64,000 nt of DNA, taken from Spirochaetia bacterium (GTDB lineage Bacteria; Spirochaetota; Spirochaetia; SZUA-6; Bin103). Below the pieces are notes generated by a model, which did no database searches, was not told where the DNA came from, and was given only the letters and a program-made list of their open reading frames with translations. The stretch is from NCBI GenBank assembly GCA_965199955.1, contig CBDATQ010000002.1, positions 1,184,001 through 1,248,000 on the forward strand, in the 5' to 3' direction. The position numbers and the translations under genes are program-made. Positions 49,020 to 59,844 of this stretch are shown here, in pieces (the first letter of the stretch is position 1; the number at the start of each line of letters is the position of its first letter).

Positions 49020-50104
49020 CGCCCCGAAACCGTCGCCTGCCGAGGACGGCCCGCGGCGAACGGCTCCGCTTTCGGCCCATCTCCATCTTTCGCTGCGGAA
49101 TCTGTCGGCGCGGGGCGATACGCAAGGTTGAGCCGAGCCAGCTCCAGCAGTCCGCGTGCCTGGTCGGGTTCCACCCATCCGTCGGGCGTGCTCCCCGCGG
49201 GGGTATCGGTGATGACGACCGGATGGTGCAGGCCGTGGGTGGCTGGCGCCAGTGCGGCGCGGCGGGCGCCGGCCGGCGTGGCGCCGGTCCCGGCGTCGAC
49301 GCGGCTCAGAGCGACCAGCGCGCCGCTCTGAACCCGCAGCACCGTGGCGAGGTGGCGCCCGTTCGGGAGGCGCCGGGTGCAGACTACGGCGGCATCGCCG
49401 CCGCCGGGCCGGAGCACCGCCTGCGGGACCGCGCCACGCTCCAGAGTTCGCAGGGTCCGGGTGAGTGCCGCCGCCTGCTCGTAGCGCCGCTCACCCGCTG
49501 CGGCGCTGATCCGGCGCCGCAGGGGCTTGAGGGCGGAGGTGTCGCCCCGCAGCAGCGCGACTGCCTGTGCCACGGCCCGGGTATAGCGATCCCGCCGCTG
49601 GGGTTCCTCGCAGACGGGGATGCAGTGACCGGCATGGTAGCGCGCGCATTTCCCCGTTCCGTCGAGGGTGCACGTGCGGAGCTGGAAGTAGTCGCTCACC
49701 GCGGCGATCAAGGCCTCGGTTTCCCGGTAGGAGAAGCACGGCCCGAACACCCGGTTGGGGTCGGAGGTCTCGGCGACCTCTGGCCGAACGCGCTCCAGCC
49801 GCGGAAACGGCCCTTCGCTCAAGCGCAGGTGCCACTGTCCCCGATCAAGCGGGTCGGCGCGATTGAGACGCGGTCCGTGGTCCCGGATGAGCGCGCTCTC
49901 CAGTACGGCCGCTTCGTACGAGGAGCGGGTGAGTATGACATCGACGGCTGCCGTTCGTGTGGCAACCGCCTGGCGACCGCGGCTGTCGAAATGGGAGCGG
50001 ACGCGGCGGCGCAGGTCGGTGGCCTTGCCGACGTAGATGACCTCGGCCGCCGCGTCCCGGAACAGGTAGCAACCGCTGGTGCGCGGTATGCCTTCGAGAT
50101 TCAC
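49016..50104 (-). CDS. UvrC N-terminal-like GIY-YIG nuclease (Cho-like)
   Basis: GCYLF...IYVGKA..LRRRV, Cys cluster, UVR motif YEQAA; no recognisable RNase H or HhH region. Confidence 0.8.
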   Translation of the reverse strand: MNLEGIPRTSGCYLFRDAAAEVIYVGKATDLRRRVRSHFDSRGRQAVATRTAAVDVILTRSSYEAAVLESALIRDHGPRLNRADPLDRGQWHLRLSEGPFPRLERVRPEVAETSDPNRVFGPCFSYRETEALIAAVSDYFQLRTCTLDGTGKCARYHAGHCIPVCEEPQRRDRYTRAVAQAVALLRGDTSALKPLRRRISAAAGERRYEQAAALTRTLRTLERGAVPQAVLRPGGGDAAVVCTRRLPNGRHLATVLRVQSGALVALSRVDAGTGATPAGARRAALAPATHGLHHPVVITDTPAGSTPDGWVEPDQARGLLELARLNLAYRPAPTDSAAKDGDGPKAEPFAAGRPRQATVSGR

Positions 50105-50544
50105 CCCTGAGGCGGCCCGTCCTGAGACGACTCAGCCTGCCCCTCGGACGAGTCGGAGGGCTGCGGCGCCTCCGGAGCCGGCGCGGCTGCCTCAGCAGCG
50201 GCCCGGGGCTTGGGGCCCGGCTTGCGTCCGCGCCTGCGTGTGGTGGTCGTGGTTGCGGCTTTCGCCGCCTTGTTGGCTTTGTCGAATTCGGCCTTCGTGC
50301 AGCGCTGCAACTGCAGCGTGCGGTCCTGGCCGCGCGCCTTGCGGACCTTGACGTACTTCTTGGACTTGGCGGCCGCCTCCAGAAGCGCCTCCCGCCCCTG
50401 GTTGATGTCCTCTTTGGCGGAGAACTTCAGAAAGCCTACCTGCTTGTCAGGGAGGCGGTCGATGAAGCGACGGTACTGCGCGATGACCTTCGGGGGGATT
50501 CCGGCTGCCTCCTTGGTATCACCGGGGATGATGAGCGTCGGCAC
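50101..50544 (-). CDS. Basic hypothetical protein, possible nucleoid-associated protein
   Basis: Lys/Ala-rich, RRRGRKPGPKPR; GAGGTG RBS. Confidence 0.7.
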   Translation of the reverse strand: MPTLIIPGDTKEAAGIPPKVIAQYRRFIDRLPDKQVGFLKFSAKEDINQGREALLEAAAKSKKYVKVRKARGQDRTLQLQRCTKAEFDKANKAAKAATTTTTRRRGRKPGPKPRAAAEAAAPAPEAPQPSDSSEGQAESSQDGPPQG

Positions 50545-50599
50545 GTTTTCACCTCGTATTGTACGGAATGTAGGACTCTTCCAAGGAGAGTCTGCAGGG

Positions 50600-50608
50600 A
50601 TTATAGCA
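50600..50608 (-). promoter_or_regulatory. Extended -10 promoter
   Basis: TGcTATAAT on the minus strand upstream of 50544. Confidence 0.6.
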
Positions 50609-50680
50609 CTTTCCTATCGCCATGAAAACCGGCGCCGCCAAGGTGGCGCCGGCCACGCTTCGATCGGAGTTTCGCTCCGC

Positions 50681-52537
50681 TCACTCCACGGTGACGCTCT
50701 TGGCCAGGTTGCGCGGCCGGTCCACGTCATGGCCGCGCTGCAGAGCGGCGTGGTAGGCGATCAGTTGCAGCGGAACCGTGGTCACGAGTGGCGACAAGGG
50801 AGAGAGAACCCTCGGGACGAAGACGACGTCGTCGGCGACAGCCGCCAGGGCACTATCGCCCTCGGTGGCGATGGCGATCACATGGCCGCCACGCACGCGA
50901 ACCTCTTCGATGTTGGCGATGACCTTGTCGGTGGTGTTGTCGCGCGGCGCGACGAAAACCACCGGCATGCCGCGATCGATGAGCGCCAGCGGCCCATGTT
51001 TCATTTCCGCCGCGGGCATGCCCTCCGCATGAATGTAGCTCAGCTCCTTCAGCTTCAGGGCACCCTCGAGCGCCACCGGGAAGTTGACACCCCTGCCCAG
51101 ATAGAGCCAGTTCTGACGGTCGATGTGGCGTGCCACGAGCTCGCGGATTGCGTCGTCGGAGCGCAGGACCGCTTCGATTGCCCGAGGGCATGCGCGCAGG
51201 CCCTCCAGGATCTCCGTGCAGCGCTCCGCCGACAGATGGCGCTGGCCGCCGAGCAGGACGGAGAACAGGGTCAGGGCCGCTAGCTGGGACGTGAACGCCT
51301 TGGTGGAGGCCACGCCGATCTCGGGTCCGGCGTGCAGATACATGCCGGCCTGAGTCTCGCGCGCGAGTGTCGAGCCGACGACGTTGATCACCCCCAGCAC
51401 GGTCGCTCCCTTGGCGCGCATCTCGCTCATGGCGGCGATGGTGTCGGCGGTTTCGCCCGACTGGCTGATGAAGAGCGCGATCGTGCCGGCTTCGACGATC
51501 GCGTTGCGGTAGCGCAACTCGCTGGAGTACTCCACGTCGGTCGGCACGCGCGCGATTTCCTCGATCAGGTATTTCCCGACCAGACCGGCGTGCCAGGCGG
51601 TGCCGCAGCCGGCTATTACGATGCGCCGCAGATGGGAAGGAGAGCAGTCCACGCTTCCCAGGCCCCCGAGGGTCACGCCGCTTCCACTTGGGTCGATACG
51701 TCCGCGCAGCGTGTTCCTCAGCGCCTCCGGCTGCTCGTGAATCTCCTTCAGCATGAAGTGCGGGTAGCCGCCTCGTTCGATCTGCTCGAGCGACAGCTCC
51801 AGGCGTTCGATTTTCTTGCGCAGCGGAACGGCGTCGATCGTGCTGGCATTGAGGGTGTGGCCGTCGACGGTCACGACCTCGTTGTCATGCAGGTAGACCA
51901 CGCGGCTCGTGTGCTCGACGATCGCCGCGCCGTCTGAGGATATGAGGTGCTCGCCCTCGCCGATGCCGATCAGCAGCGGACTGCCGCGGCGAGCGGCGAT
52001 CAACAATCCCGGATACTCGACGCAGGAGACGGCGATGCCGAAGGTTCCCTGCACTTCGCGCAAGGCACCGCAGAGGGCGGTCAGCAGACCCTCGGGGCCG
52101 GAACCGGTTCCATCTTCGTACAGGAAGCCGATGAGCTGCACCAGCGCCTCGGTATCGGTGTCGCTCGCGAACGCGATCCCCTGCCCGGTCAGGTATTGGC
52201 GGATCGAGGCATGGTTCTCGATGATGCCGTTGTGCACCAGCGCGATCCGGCCGGAAGTGTCCAGGTGAGGATGGGCGTTGCGCTCGCTGGGGGCTCCGTG
52301 GGTTGCCCAGCGGGTGTGGGCGATGCCGCAGGTGGCCGGGACGCGGTCGTGCGCGGCCGAGGCGACCTGGCTCCGGAGCTCACGGACCGGCCCGACGGCC
52401 CGTGAAACGTACAGCTCGCCCGGGGAGACGAGCGCCACTCCAGCCGAGTCGTAGCCGCGATACTCCAGCCTTGCCAGGCCGGTGAGGAGCGGCTCGAGCG
52501 CACGCCTTGGCCCGGTATATCCGACGATCCCGCACAT
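50681..52537 (-). CDS. glmS: Glutamine--fructose-6-phosphate aminotransferase
   Basis: MCGIVG, LEYRGYDSAG, SQSGETADT, VASTK, PRNLAKSVTVE. Confidence 0.97.
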   Translation of the reverse strand: MCGIVGYTGPRRALEPLLTGLARLEYRGYDSAGVALVSPGELYVSRAVGPVRELRSQVASAAHDRVPATCGIAHTRWATHGAPSERNAHPHLDTSGRIALVHNGIIENHASIRQYLTGQGIAFASDTDTEALVQLIGFLYEDGTGSGPEGLLTALCGALREVQGTFGIAVSCVEYPGLLIAARRGSPLLIGIGEGEHLISSDGAAIVEHTSRVVYLHDNEVVTVDGHTLNASTIDAVPLRKKIERLELSLEQIERGGYPHFMLKEIHEQPEALRNTLRGRIDPSGSGVTLGGLGSVDCSPSHLRRIVIAGCGTAWHAGLVGKYLIEEIARVPTDVEYSSELRYRNAIVEAGTIALFISQSGETADTIAAMSEMRAKGATVLGVINVVGSTLARETQAGMYLHAGPEIGVASTKAFTSQLAALTLFSVLLGGQRHLSAERCTEILEGLRACPRAIEAVLRSDDAIRELVARHIDRQNWLYLGRGVNFPVALEGALKLKELSYIHAEGMPAAEMKHGPLALIDRGMPVVFVAPRDNTTDKVIANIEEVRVRGGHVIAIATEGDSALAAVADDVVFVPRVLSPLSPLVTTVPLQLIAYHAALQRGHDVDRPRNLAKSVTVE

Positions 52538-52547
52538 CGCAGCCGGC

Positions 52548-53324
52548 TCAGATCGACGCGATCAGGCCACCGTCTACGAGCAGCGTGGCACCAGTCACCC
52601 ATTCCGCCTCGTCGGAGGCCAGGAAGACCGCGGCGTGCGCGATGTCTTCGGGTTTTCCGAGCCGTGGCATGGCGGTCTTCTCACGGACCGCCTGGATCTG
52701 CTGCGGGGTAAGGTAGTCCTGGATGGGCGTCTCGATGTAACCGGGGCAGATCGCGTTGACGGTGATCCCATCCGCCCCGAGCGTCAAACAGGCGTCGCGC
52801 GTCATGTTCACGAGAGCCGCCTTGGATGAGGCGTAGGCCGGTCCGGAACTGCCGCCGAAGGCGTGCACGGAGGCGATGTTGATCACGCGGCCGTGTGCGG
52901 ACGCGCGCAGATGGGGAACCGCGCACCGGGTGGCCAGAAATGGGGCACGGAGGTTGACGTCGATCACGCTCTCCCATTCTTCGTCGGTCTGCCGGTCCGC
53001 GGTGCCGACGATGCCGATGCCGGCGTTGTTGACCAGGATATCCACGCCGCCGAAGCGATCCGCGGCAAAGGAAACCATTGCGGCTATCTGCGCCGGTGAG
53101 GAGACGTCCGTGGCGATGAACACGGCAGTGCCGCCCTCGGCGTCGATCGATTCGGCGGTCGGCGGGCGCGGCTCGGTCTCGTGGTACTTTCCGCGCCGCG
53201 GCTCCTCGTGCACGTCGGCAACTACCACGCGGGCGCCTTCTCGGGCGAAGGCCACCGCTATTCCGCGGCCGATGCCGGTGCTGGCTCCCGTCACGATGGC
53301 GACGCGGTCGTCAAGTCTGCCCAT
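52548..53324 (-). CDS. Short-chain dehydrogenase/reductase
   Basis: TGASTGIG, NNAG, YASSK. Confidence 0.92.
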   Translation of the reverse strand: MGRLDDRVAIVTGASTGIGRGIAVAFAREGARVVVADVHEEPRRGKYHETEPRPPTAESIDAEGGTAVFIATDVSSPAQIAAMVSFAADRFGGVDILVNNAGIGIVGTADRQTDEEWESVIDVNLRAPFLATRCAVPHLRASAHGRVINIASVHAFGGSSGPAYASSKAALVNMTRDACLTLGADGITVNAICPGYIETPIQDYLTPQQIQAVREKTAMPRLGKPEDIAHAAVFLASDEAEWVTGATLLVDGGLIASI

Positions 53325-54045
53325 GGGGCCCCTCCTCGAACAGTTCCAGGTTCACATTCGTGCCTATCGGCGGCGCGGGCGCCGGAAGAACGCACGCCGG
53401 CCCCTCGGCCTGCGCGTGGTTGACGGTGCGTGCGACCGGCTGCATGGTCATCTTGGCCGCCGGATAGGGACTCAGCAAGGCGCGCAGCTCGTCGGTGCTC
53501 CGTGAAGGATCCAGCCACCGATCGTAGCGGTCCGGCGCGATGATAACCGGCATGCGGTCGTGCAATGTTCCCACCAGCTCGTTCGGCTCGGTGGTAACGA
53601 TGGTAAAGGTCGCGCGTGCGGTGTCGTCTTCCCCGGCTCCGGAACCCCGCTCGTACAAACCGGCGTAGGCGAACGGGGCGCCGTCACGCAGCCGAATCCA
53701 GTGCGGTGTGCGCTCGCGTCCGCCCCATTCGTAGAACCCGTCGCTGGGGATCAGGCACCGGCGTCCGGCAAACGCTTCGCGGAATGCCGATCGCCGCTCC
53801 AGAGTCTCGGCGCGCGCATTGATGAGCCGGCCGGCGATGCTGCGGTCGCGGGCCCAGGCCGGCATCAGCCCCCACCTCAACGCATCCAGCACGCGCTGGC
53901 CGCGTTCCACCCGGATTGCGACGGCCGGCTGCGTCGGAGCGATGTTGTAGCGCGGCCGAAGCTCGCGAACCCGGGACTGCGCGCCGAACAGCGCGGCCAA
54001 GGCGGCCGCATCGAGGTCGGTCGTGAGCGTAAAGCGCCCGCACAC
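53311..54045 (-). CDS. SRAP/HMCES abasic-site protection protein (YedK-like)
   Basis: MCGRF, RYNIAPTQ, INARAET, GFYEW, HDRMPVI. Confidence 0.93.
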   Translation of the reverse strand: MCGRFTLTTDLDAAALAALFGAQSRVRELRPRYNIAPTQPAVAIRVERGQRVLDALRWGLMPAWARDRSIAGRLINARAETLERRSAFREAFAGRRCLIPSDGFYEWGGRERTPHWIRLRDGAPFAYAGLYERGSGAGEDDTARATFTIVTTEPNELVGTLHDRMPVIIAPDRYDRWLDPSRSTDELRALLSPYPAAKMTMQPVARTVNHAQAEGPACVLPAPAPPIGTNVNLELFEEGPHGQT

Positions 54046-54049
54046 GACG

Positions 54050-55555
54050 CTACAGCTCCGTTACCAGCCCGCGTTCTTTCTGCAGTATGTCGTGCATTCC
54101 GCCTTCGCGCAGGCTGGTGGCGGAAACGACCGTCAAGCGAGCCCGGCGGCGAAGCTCGGGGACATCCAGCGCCCCGCAATTGCACATCGTCGCCTTGATC
54201 TTGGCGAGCGTCTGCTTGAGATTGGAGGCGAGCGAGCCGGCGTACGGCACATAGCCGTCGACCCCTTCCTCGAATGCCAACTGACCGTTGACCGCGTCAT
54301 ACCGCGCCCAGTTCTGCGCGCGGTTGGTGCCTTCGCCCCAGTACTCCTTGACGACGTTCGTGCCAAGGCGAATCTGCCGCCCCGGGCTCTCGTCGAATCG
54401 GGCGAAGTAGCGGCCCATCATCACGAAATCGGCGCCCATCGCGAGGGCGAGGACGATGTGGTAGTCGAAGACGATACCGCCGTCCGAGCAGATGGGGACG
54501 TAGCGTCCGGTCTCCTCGGCGTAGCGGTCCCGAACCGCGGCCACATCCAGCACCGCGGTTGCCTGTCCGCGGCCGATGCCCTTCTGCTCCCGCGTGATGC
54601 AGATCGAGCCGCCGCCGATGCCCACCTTCACGAAATCGGCGCCCGCGTCGGCAAGGTAGCGAAAGCCGTCCGGCTCGACGACGTTGCCGGCGCCGACCTT
54701 CACGGCCCCGCCGTACCGTTCGCGTACGAATGCCAGACAGTCCGCCTGCCACTCGTTGAACCCGTCGGAGGAGTCGATGCACAGCACCGAGGCGCCCGCC
54801 TCGACCAGGGGCGGCACCCGGTCGCGATAGTCGTGCGACGAGACGCCGGCGCCGACCACCAGTCGCTTCTCGTCGTCGATCAGCTCATCCGGATTCTCGC
54901 GGTGGTCGTCGTAGTCCCTGCGAAACACCAGATGCCGAAGGTGTCTTCCGCCGTCGATGATAGGCAGGCAGCTCAGGCCGTGCTCCCAGATCAGGTCGTT
55001 GGCGGCGTTGAGGGTGATGCCGTCATGGCCGACCACCAGACGGTCGAACGGTGTCATGAGGGTGTCGACGCGGGTGTCCGGGTCCTGCCGGTGCACGCGG
55101 TAATCGCGGCTGGTCAGGATGCCGAGCAGCGGGCCGTCCGGCCGCCCGTCCGCGGTCACCGCCATCGTGGTGTGGCCGGTGCGGCCGGCCAGGTCGATCA
55201 CGTCGCGCAGCGTGGCGTCCGGCGTGAGGTTGGAGTCGGAGACCACGAAACCGGCCTTGGACTTCTTGACACGCTGCACCATCTCCACCTGATGGTCGAT
55301 CGGCTGGGAGCCGTAGATGAACGCGATACCGCCGAAGCGCGCGAGCGCGACCGCCATGCGGTCGTCGGAGACGGTCTGCATGACTGCGGAGGCGAGCGGG
55401 ATGTTCAGTGAGATCGGTGCCGGCTCGCCGACGGCGTGGCTTACCAGCGGCGTCTGCAGCCGCACGTTGGCGGGCACGTTTTCCTTGCGGGTGAGGTTCG
55501 GCAGCAGCAGGTACTCGCTGAACGTCCGTGAGATCTCGTCGATGACGACTGCCAA
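54050..55555 (-). CDS. guaB: IMP dehydrogenase
   Basis: CBS pair, [22 protein letters not shown]. Confidence 0.95.
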   Translation of the reverse strand: MAVVIDEISRTFSEYLLLPNLTRKENVPANVRLQTPLVSHAVGEPAPISLNIPLASAVMQTVSDDRMAVALARFGGIAFIYGSQPIDHQVEMVQRVKKSKAGFVVSDSNLTPDATLRDVIDLAGRTGHTTMAVTADGRPDGPLLGILTSRDYRVHRQDPDTRVDTLMTPFDRLVVGHDGITLNAANDLIWEHGLSCLPIIDGGRHLRHLVFRRDYDDHRENPDELIDDEKRLVVGAGVSSHDYRDRVPPLVEAGASVLCIDSSDGFNEWQADCLAFVRERYGGAVKVGAGNVVEPDGFRYLADAGADFVKVGIGGGSICITREQKGIGRGQATAVLDVAAVRDRYAEETGRYVPICSDGGIVFDYHIVLALAMGADFVMMGRYFARFDESPGRQIRLGTNVVKEYWGEGTNRAQNWARYDAVNGQLAFEEGVDGYVPYAGSLASNLKQTLAKIKATMCNCGALDVPELRRRARLTVVSATSLREGGMHDILQKERGLVTEL

Positions 55556-55570
55556 ATCGTTCCTCCCGGG

Positions 55571-56872
55571 TCAGGCAGGCGGAAGCCTGTCAGTCCCGGT
55601 CGGCACCCGATCCGTGCCGAGCGCCGGCCGCAGGGGCTCGGGTACCGTCAGGGTACCGTCGGCGTTCTGATGGGTCTCCAGCAGCGCCGGCAGCAGCCGG
55701 CTGGTCGCCAGGCCCGATGCATTCAGGGTATGCACGAAGCGGGTGCCGCCGGAGCCGCGCACCCGGGTGTTGGCGCGCCGCGTCTGGTAGTCCCGGGCGT
55801 TCGACGCGGAGCTCACTTCCTCGTAGCTGCCCGTGCTTGGCAGGTAGACCTCCAGGTCCAGGGTGCGCGCCATCGCCGACGAGGCGTCGCCGGCGGCCAG
55901 CCTGGTAACCCGGTAGTGCAGCCCCAGCCCCTGCACCAGCCGCTCCGCCCGGCCGATCATGTCTTCCAGCGCTTCTTCGGAGCGATCCGGCATCACGAAC
56001 TGAAACAACTCGACCTTGTTGAACTGATGCCCTCGCAGGGTGCCGCGGTCGTGGGTGCGGTAGGAGCCTGCCTCACGCCGGTAGCACGGCGTGTAGGCGA
56101 CGTATCGCCTGGGCATCTCCGACTCCTTCAGGATCTCGTCGGCGTGCAGGCTGGCCAGCGCGGTCTCCGAGGTCGGCAGCAGAAACGGCGCCTCGCCGCG
56201 CTCGGCGCCTTCCTGCAGGAAGTAGACGTCATCGACGCCGAATCGGGGGAACTGCCCGGCGTTGAAGCCGCAGCCATAGCTCAGCAGGTGCGGCGGCAGG
56301 ATCAACTCGAAGCCGTCGGCCACGTGCGTGTCGATGAAGTAGTTCAGCAATGCCCACTCCAGGCGCGCTCCCCAGCCGCGGTAGATCCAGAACCCGTGTC
56401 CGGCCAGCTTGACACCGCGCTCGTAGTCGACCAGGCCGAGCCTGCCTGCGAACGCCACGTGGTCCATGCCGGCCGCGCATGCGGCGGGCCGCTCGCCCCA
56501 CTCGTGGAGGGTCTGGTTGGCCTCCTTGCCGCCCGGCGGAACATCGGCATCCGGGAGGTTGGGCAGTCCGGCCAGCAGTTCGTCCAGCTCCTGCGTGACG
56601 GTGCCGAGCCGGGTCTCCAGCTCCTTGATCCGGTCGCCCACGGCGCGCATCTCGGCGATGAGCTCCGTCGCGTCGCCGCCGGCGCGCTTGATGCGCGGCA
56701 CCTCTCGCGACGCGTCGTTGCGCCGCGCCTTGAGCTGCTCCACGGATGTGATCAGTTCGCGCCGGGCAGCGTCGAGGTTCCGGATCGGTTGCAGGTCAAC
56801 GGTGTCCATCCGCTTGCGGAGCGCCTCGCGGACCGCGTCCGGCTCATTCCGGATCAGGGAGATGTCTATCAC
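55571..56872 (-). CDS. serS: Seryl-tRNA synthetase
   Basis: N-terminal coiled coil, LPTSE, YRREAGS, HQFNKVE, HTLNASGLA. Confidence 0.95.
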   Translation of the reverse strand: MIDISLIRNEPDAVREALRKRMDTVDLQPIRNLDAARRELITSVEQLKARRNDASREVPRIKRAGGDATELIAEMRAVGDRIKELETRLGTVTQELDELLAGLPNLPDADVPPGGKEANQTLHEWGERPAACAAGMDHVAFAGRLGLVDYERGVKLAGHGFWIYRGWGARLEWALLNYFIDTHVADGFELILPPHLLSYGCGFNAGQFPRFGVDDVYFLQEGAERGEAPFLLPTSETALASLHADEILKESEMPRRYVAYTPCYRREAGSYRTHDRGTLRGHQFNKVELFQFVMPDRSEEALEDMIGRAERLVQGLGLHYRVTRLAAGDASSAMARTLDLEVYLPSTGSYEEVSSASNARDYQTRRANTRVRGSGGTRFVHTLNASGLATSRLLPALLETHQNADGTLTVPEPLRPALGTDRVPTGTDRLPPA

Positions 56873-57573
56873 GTTGGGCCTGCCACCTTGGGGCCTGTCA
56901 TAGGTGGTGCCGAACGTATCATGCGGAACCGCTGTCGCACATCGGCCAGCCGTTCGCGCCAGCCCGCCGGTGTCCGGATCGTGCCCGCCACCGTCAGCCC
57001 GGCCGCCGCCTGGCGGAGGAGCGCGCGGCGCGTGTCGCCGTCGGCAACGCGATCACGCAGTTCCCTGCGCAGTTCGCCCAGCTCGTCGAGGAATGGAACC
57101 AGGTCGGAAGCGTCGATTACCCGCTCCAGCTCCCGGCGCAGAATCCCGGCGACGGAAGGGCTGGCGTTGCTGGTGGCTATGGCGATGCGGAGGTCGCCGC
57201 GGCTGACCACCGCCGGCATCCCCAGGTCCGACCGGTCGGGCTGGTCATACGTGGACAGCAGCACCCGCTCGCGCCGCGCCCAGGCAGCGACGGCCGGATG
57301 GGCGGGGTTGCCGTCGGTCAGCGTGCTGACCACCAGTCGGCGCCCGCGCAGATCGGCCGGCCGCACGGTCCTGCGCAGCCAGACGAGCCGACCGCTCACT
57401 GCCCATGACCGGATCTGCGGCTCCACCGCCGGGCTGACGACGGTGACTAGGGCCTCGGCGTCGAGCAGCCGCGCCGTCTTGTCCCGCGCCTCGTCCTCTC
57501 CGCCGATGACGAGCACCGGCTGACCTACCAGGTCCAGCCCGATCGGGAACAGTGGTCTCAGGGTGGCAGACAT
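56869..57573 (-). CDS. Precorrin-2 dehydrogenase/sirohydrochlorin ferrochelatase (SirC/Met8-like)
   Basis: VLVIGG...K...LL, VTVVSP, PAVVSRGDLRIAIATSNASP. Confidence 0.82.
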   Translation of the reverse strand: MSATLRPLFPIGLDLVGQPVLVIGGEDEARDKTARLLDAEALVTVVSPAVEPQIRSWAVSGRLVWLRRTVRPADLRGRRLVVSTLTDGNPAHPAVAAWARRERVLLSTYDQPDRSDLGMPAVVSRGDLRIAIATSNASPSVAGILRRELERVIDASDLVPFLDELGELRRELRDRVADGDTRRALLRQAAAGLTVAGTIRTPAGWRERLADVRQRFRMIRSAPPMTGPKVAGPT

Positions 57574-57673
57574 GCCGTGAGCGTGGCCCCAGCGGCCGCG
57601 CGGCACAAGCCCGGCTGCGCCCGGGCCGCTTTGCCCGGCCCGCTGTGCCAGGCCCGTGTGATAGTCTGCGCCC

Positions 57674-58801
57674 GTGATCGACCTGCCCGCAGCCGACCGG
57701 TGCCGCTACGACCTGGTTTCAATGGGCGAGGTGCTTTGGCGGCTTGACCCGCGCGACGTTCCGCTGGCCCGCGTGCGCGATTCGATGCGGGTCTTTCAGG
57801 GTGGAGGTGAGACCAACGTCGCCTGTGGCGTTTCGGCGACGTTCGGCCTGCGTACCGCCGTCCTCACTGCGCTGGTGGCCGACGACATCGGCCGCAACAT
57901 CGGCAACCAGCTTGCGGAGGCGGGGGTCGATACGGGCCGGATCATCTGGTGGGACACCGCGCGCTCTTCAGACAGCCACAGCACGGACGCCAAGGGCACG
58001 GTGCACAACGGCATCTCGGTCACGTTCGCCGGCAAGGGCGTGCTGCCGTCGGAGACGCTCTACTACCGCGCCCACACCGCCGCCTCGCTGCTTGCGCCGG
58101 GAGACTTCGATCTGCAGGGGCTGTTCGCCCGCGAGGGGGTGCGGGTGTTCAACACGGGCGGCATTTTCACGCTGATCGGCGACCGCACCGCGCAGACCGC
58201 CATCGCAGCCGCGGAGGCCGCTCGGGCCGCCGGCACCTTCGTCGCCGCGGACCTCAACTACCGCTCCAAGGTAGAGCCCGACCGGGAACGGGCGCGCCGG
58301 ATCAATCGGCGCCTGATCCCGAGCATCGACTTTCTCGTCGGCAACGACTCGGATCTCGCCGATGCCTTGGGCTACGACACCCCCGATGGTGACGATCGTT
58401 TCGAGCCGTGGCTGGAGCGCTACCGGGCCACCATCGAACGGGTGGCCGCAGACTTTCCGCGCCTGCGCCTGATCGGTACGCAGTGGCGCGGCGCGCACGA
58501 CGCCGACGTGGTGAGTTGGGGTGCGGTGCTGTATGAAACCGCGACTCGCCGCTGGTACGCCGCCCCGGTCCGCGAGCGGGTGCACATAGCCGATCGCACC
58601 GGCGGGGGAGATTCCTTCACCGCCGGCGTAGTCAGCGCGCTCCTGCAGGGAAAGGACCTGCAGCAGGCGGTCGAGTGGGGCGCCGCGCACGGTATCCTGG
58701 TGCAGTCGACGCCCGGCGACACGACCATGGTCCGCCAGGAACAGGTGATCGCCGAGACGGAACGTGTCCGCCGGGGCGGCGGCGTGAAGGCCGCCCGATG
58801 A
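57674..58801 (+). CDS. PfkB sugar kinase (KdgK-like)
   Basis: GGGETNVA, DLNYR, DRTGGGDSF, TPGD. Confidence 0.88.
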   Translation: MIDLPAADRCRYDLVSMGEVLWRLDPRDVPLARVRDSMRVFQGGGETNVACGVSATFGLRTAVLTALVADDIGRNIGNQLAEAGVDTGRIIWWDTARSSDSHSTDAKGTVHNGISVTFAGKGVLPSETLYYRAHTAASLLAPGDFDLQGLFAREGVRVFNTGGIFTLIGDRTAQTAIAAAEAARAAGTFVAADLNYRSKVEPDRERARRINRRLIPSIDFLVGNDSDLADALGYDTPDGDDRFEPWLERYRATIERVAADFPRLRLIGTQWRGAHDADVVSWGAVLYETATRRWYAAPVRERVHIADRTGGGDSFTAGVVSALLQGKDLQQAVEWGAAHGILVQSTPGDTTMVRQEQVIAETERVRRGGGVKAAR

Positions 58802-58993
58802 ATCGGCCGGTAAGGCGCCCGATGAGTGCTTGCGCGCGGATGGAAGGCGGACCGTCGCGCCCGACCGGCCACACCCGCCCTGATTTGTCGGGATTCCGGC
58901 AAATTCGTAGGATAGTGGTGATGAGCGAGCAGGTGAGCCGCCGGCGACGGTTCGCATGCGGTGGCGTGCCGGCTGCCAGGTCAGGCGTGCCGG

Positions 58994-59821
58994 ATGGCGC
59001 GGAGCATTGCAGTGCCTGAGAAGCCCGATCAAGCCGGTCCGGAGAAGCCGACGGCCTACATCTTTCACGTCCTGCTGAAGGACGGCGAGTCGCTGCTGCT
59101 CGATCCGTTCCGGGGGGTGGAGCGGCTGGAGAACACCCTTGCGGAGCGCACCGTGGAAGGTCGCTTCGGGACCGAGCCGCGCGTCGAAGCCCTCACGCTG
59201 TATCGCAATGAGCTGTACCGGGCGGTGGACGCCGCCGTTCGCCGCTGGTTGTCGGAGAAGCGGTTCATTCCCCGTTTTCTGGCGTCCGCCGGTGTGTTCG
59301 TGCTGGCGATGTTCGTGATGGCCTATGTGTTCCGCGGCGGGCTGCCGATCCCGGTGATCGACGAGCTGGCGATCGCGCTGGGCGCCAGCGTCGTCGCGTA
59401 CCTCGCGATAGGCAGGAAGGAACTGGCCTCGGAGATGGCGACCAGGAAGCGCGTTGCGCTGAAGAACGCGATCGATCGCATCGCCTTCGTCCCCAGCCAG
59501 TTCCTGGTCCGGGTCGAAGAGGCGCTACGCCGCTACGAGGCGGAGAATCTGGAAGGGCTGGTCTCGGAGATCCTGGATCCGGCCGACGAGCCGCTGGACG
59601 AGCCCGAGCGGACGGAGGCAACCGAGTTCGTGCGACTGCTGGAGGACCAGTTCAACTACGCCCGCCTGCGCAAGGGAGAGCGGGAGTTGAAGAACTTCCT
59701 GGCAGAACGGGGCGCCGAGCGCGGCACCAACCTGCGGAAGTGGGCGGAATCGCAGCGTCTCAACTTCCCGCTGTACGCGGTGTACAAGAGATTCAAGCGT
59801 ACGGTCGAGCGGGTGCGCTGA
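58994..59821 (+). CDS. Conserved hypothetical membrane protein
   Basis: RFIPRFL, two TM helices around PIPVIDE; host-like codon usage. Confidence 0.7.
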   Translation: MARSIAVPEKPDQAGPEKPTAYIFHVLLKDGESLLLDPFRGVERLENTLAERTVEGRFGTEPRVEALTLYRNELYRAVDAAVRRWLSEKRFIPRFLASAGVFVLAMFVMAYVFRGGLPIPVIDELAIALGASVVAYLAIGRKELASEMATRKRVALKNAIDRIAFVPSQFLVRVEEALRRYEAENLEGLVSEILDPADEPLDEPERTEATEFVRLLEDQFNYARLRKGERELKNFLAERGAERGTNLRKWAESQRLNFPLYAVYKRFKRTVERVR

Positions 59822-59844
59822 CACACCGCTATCGTCACGTCGCC

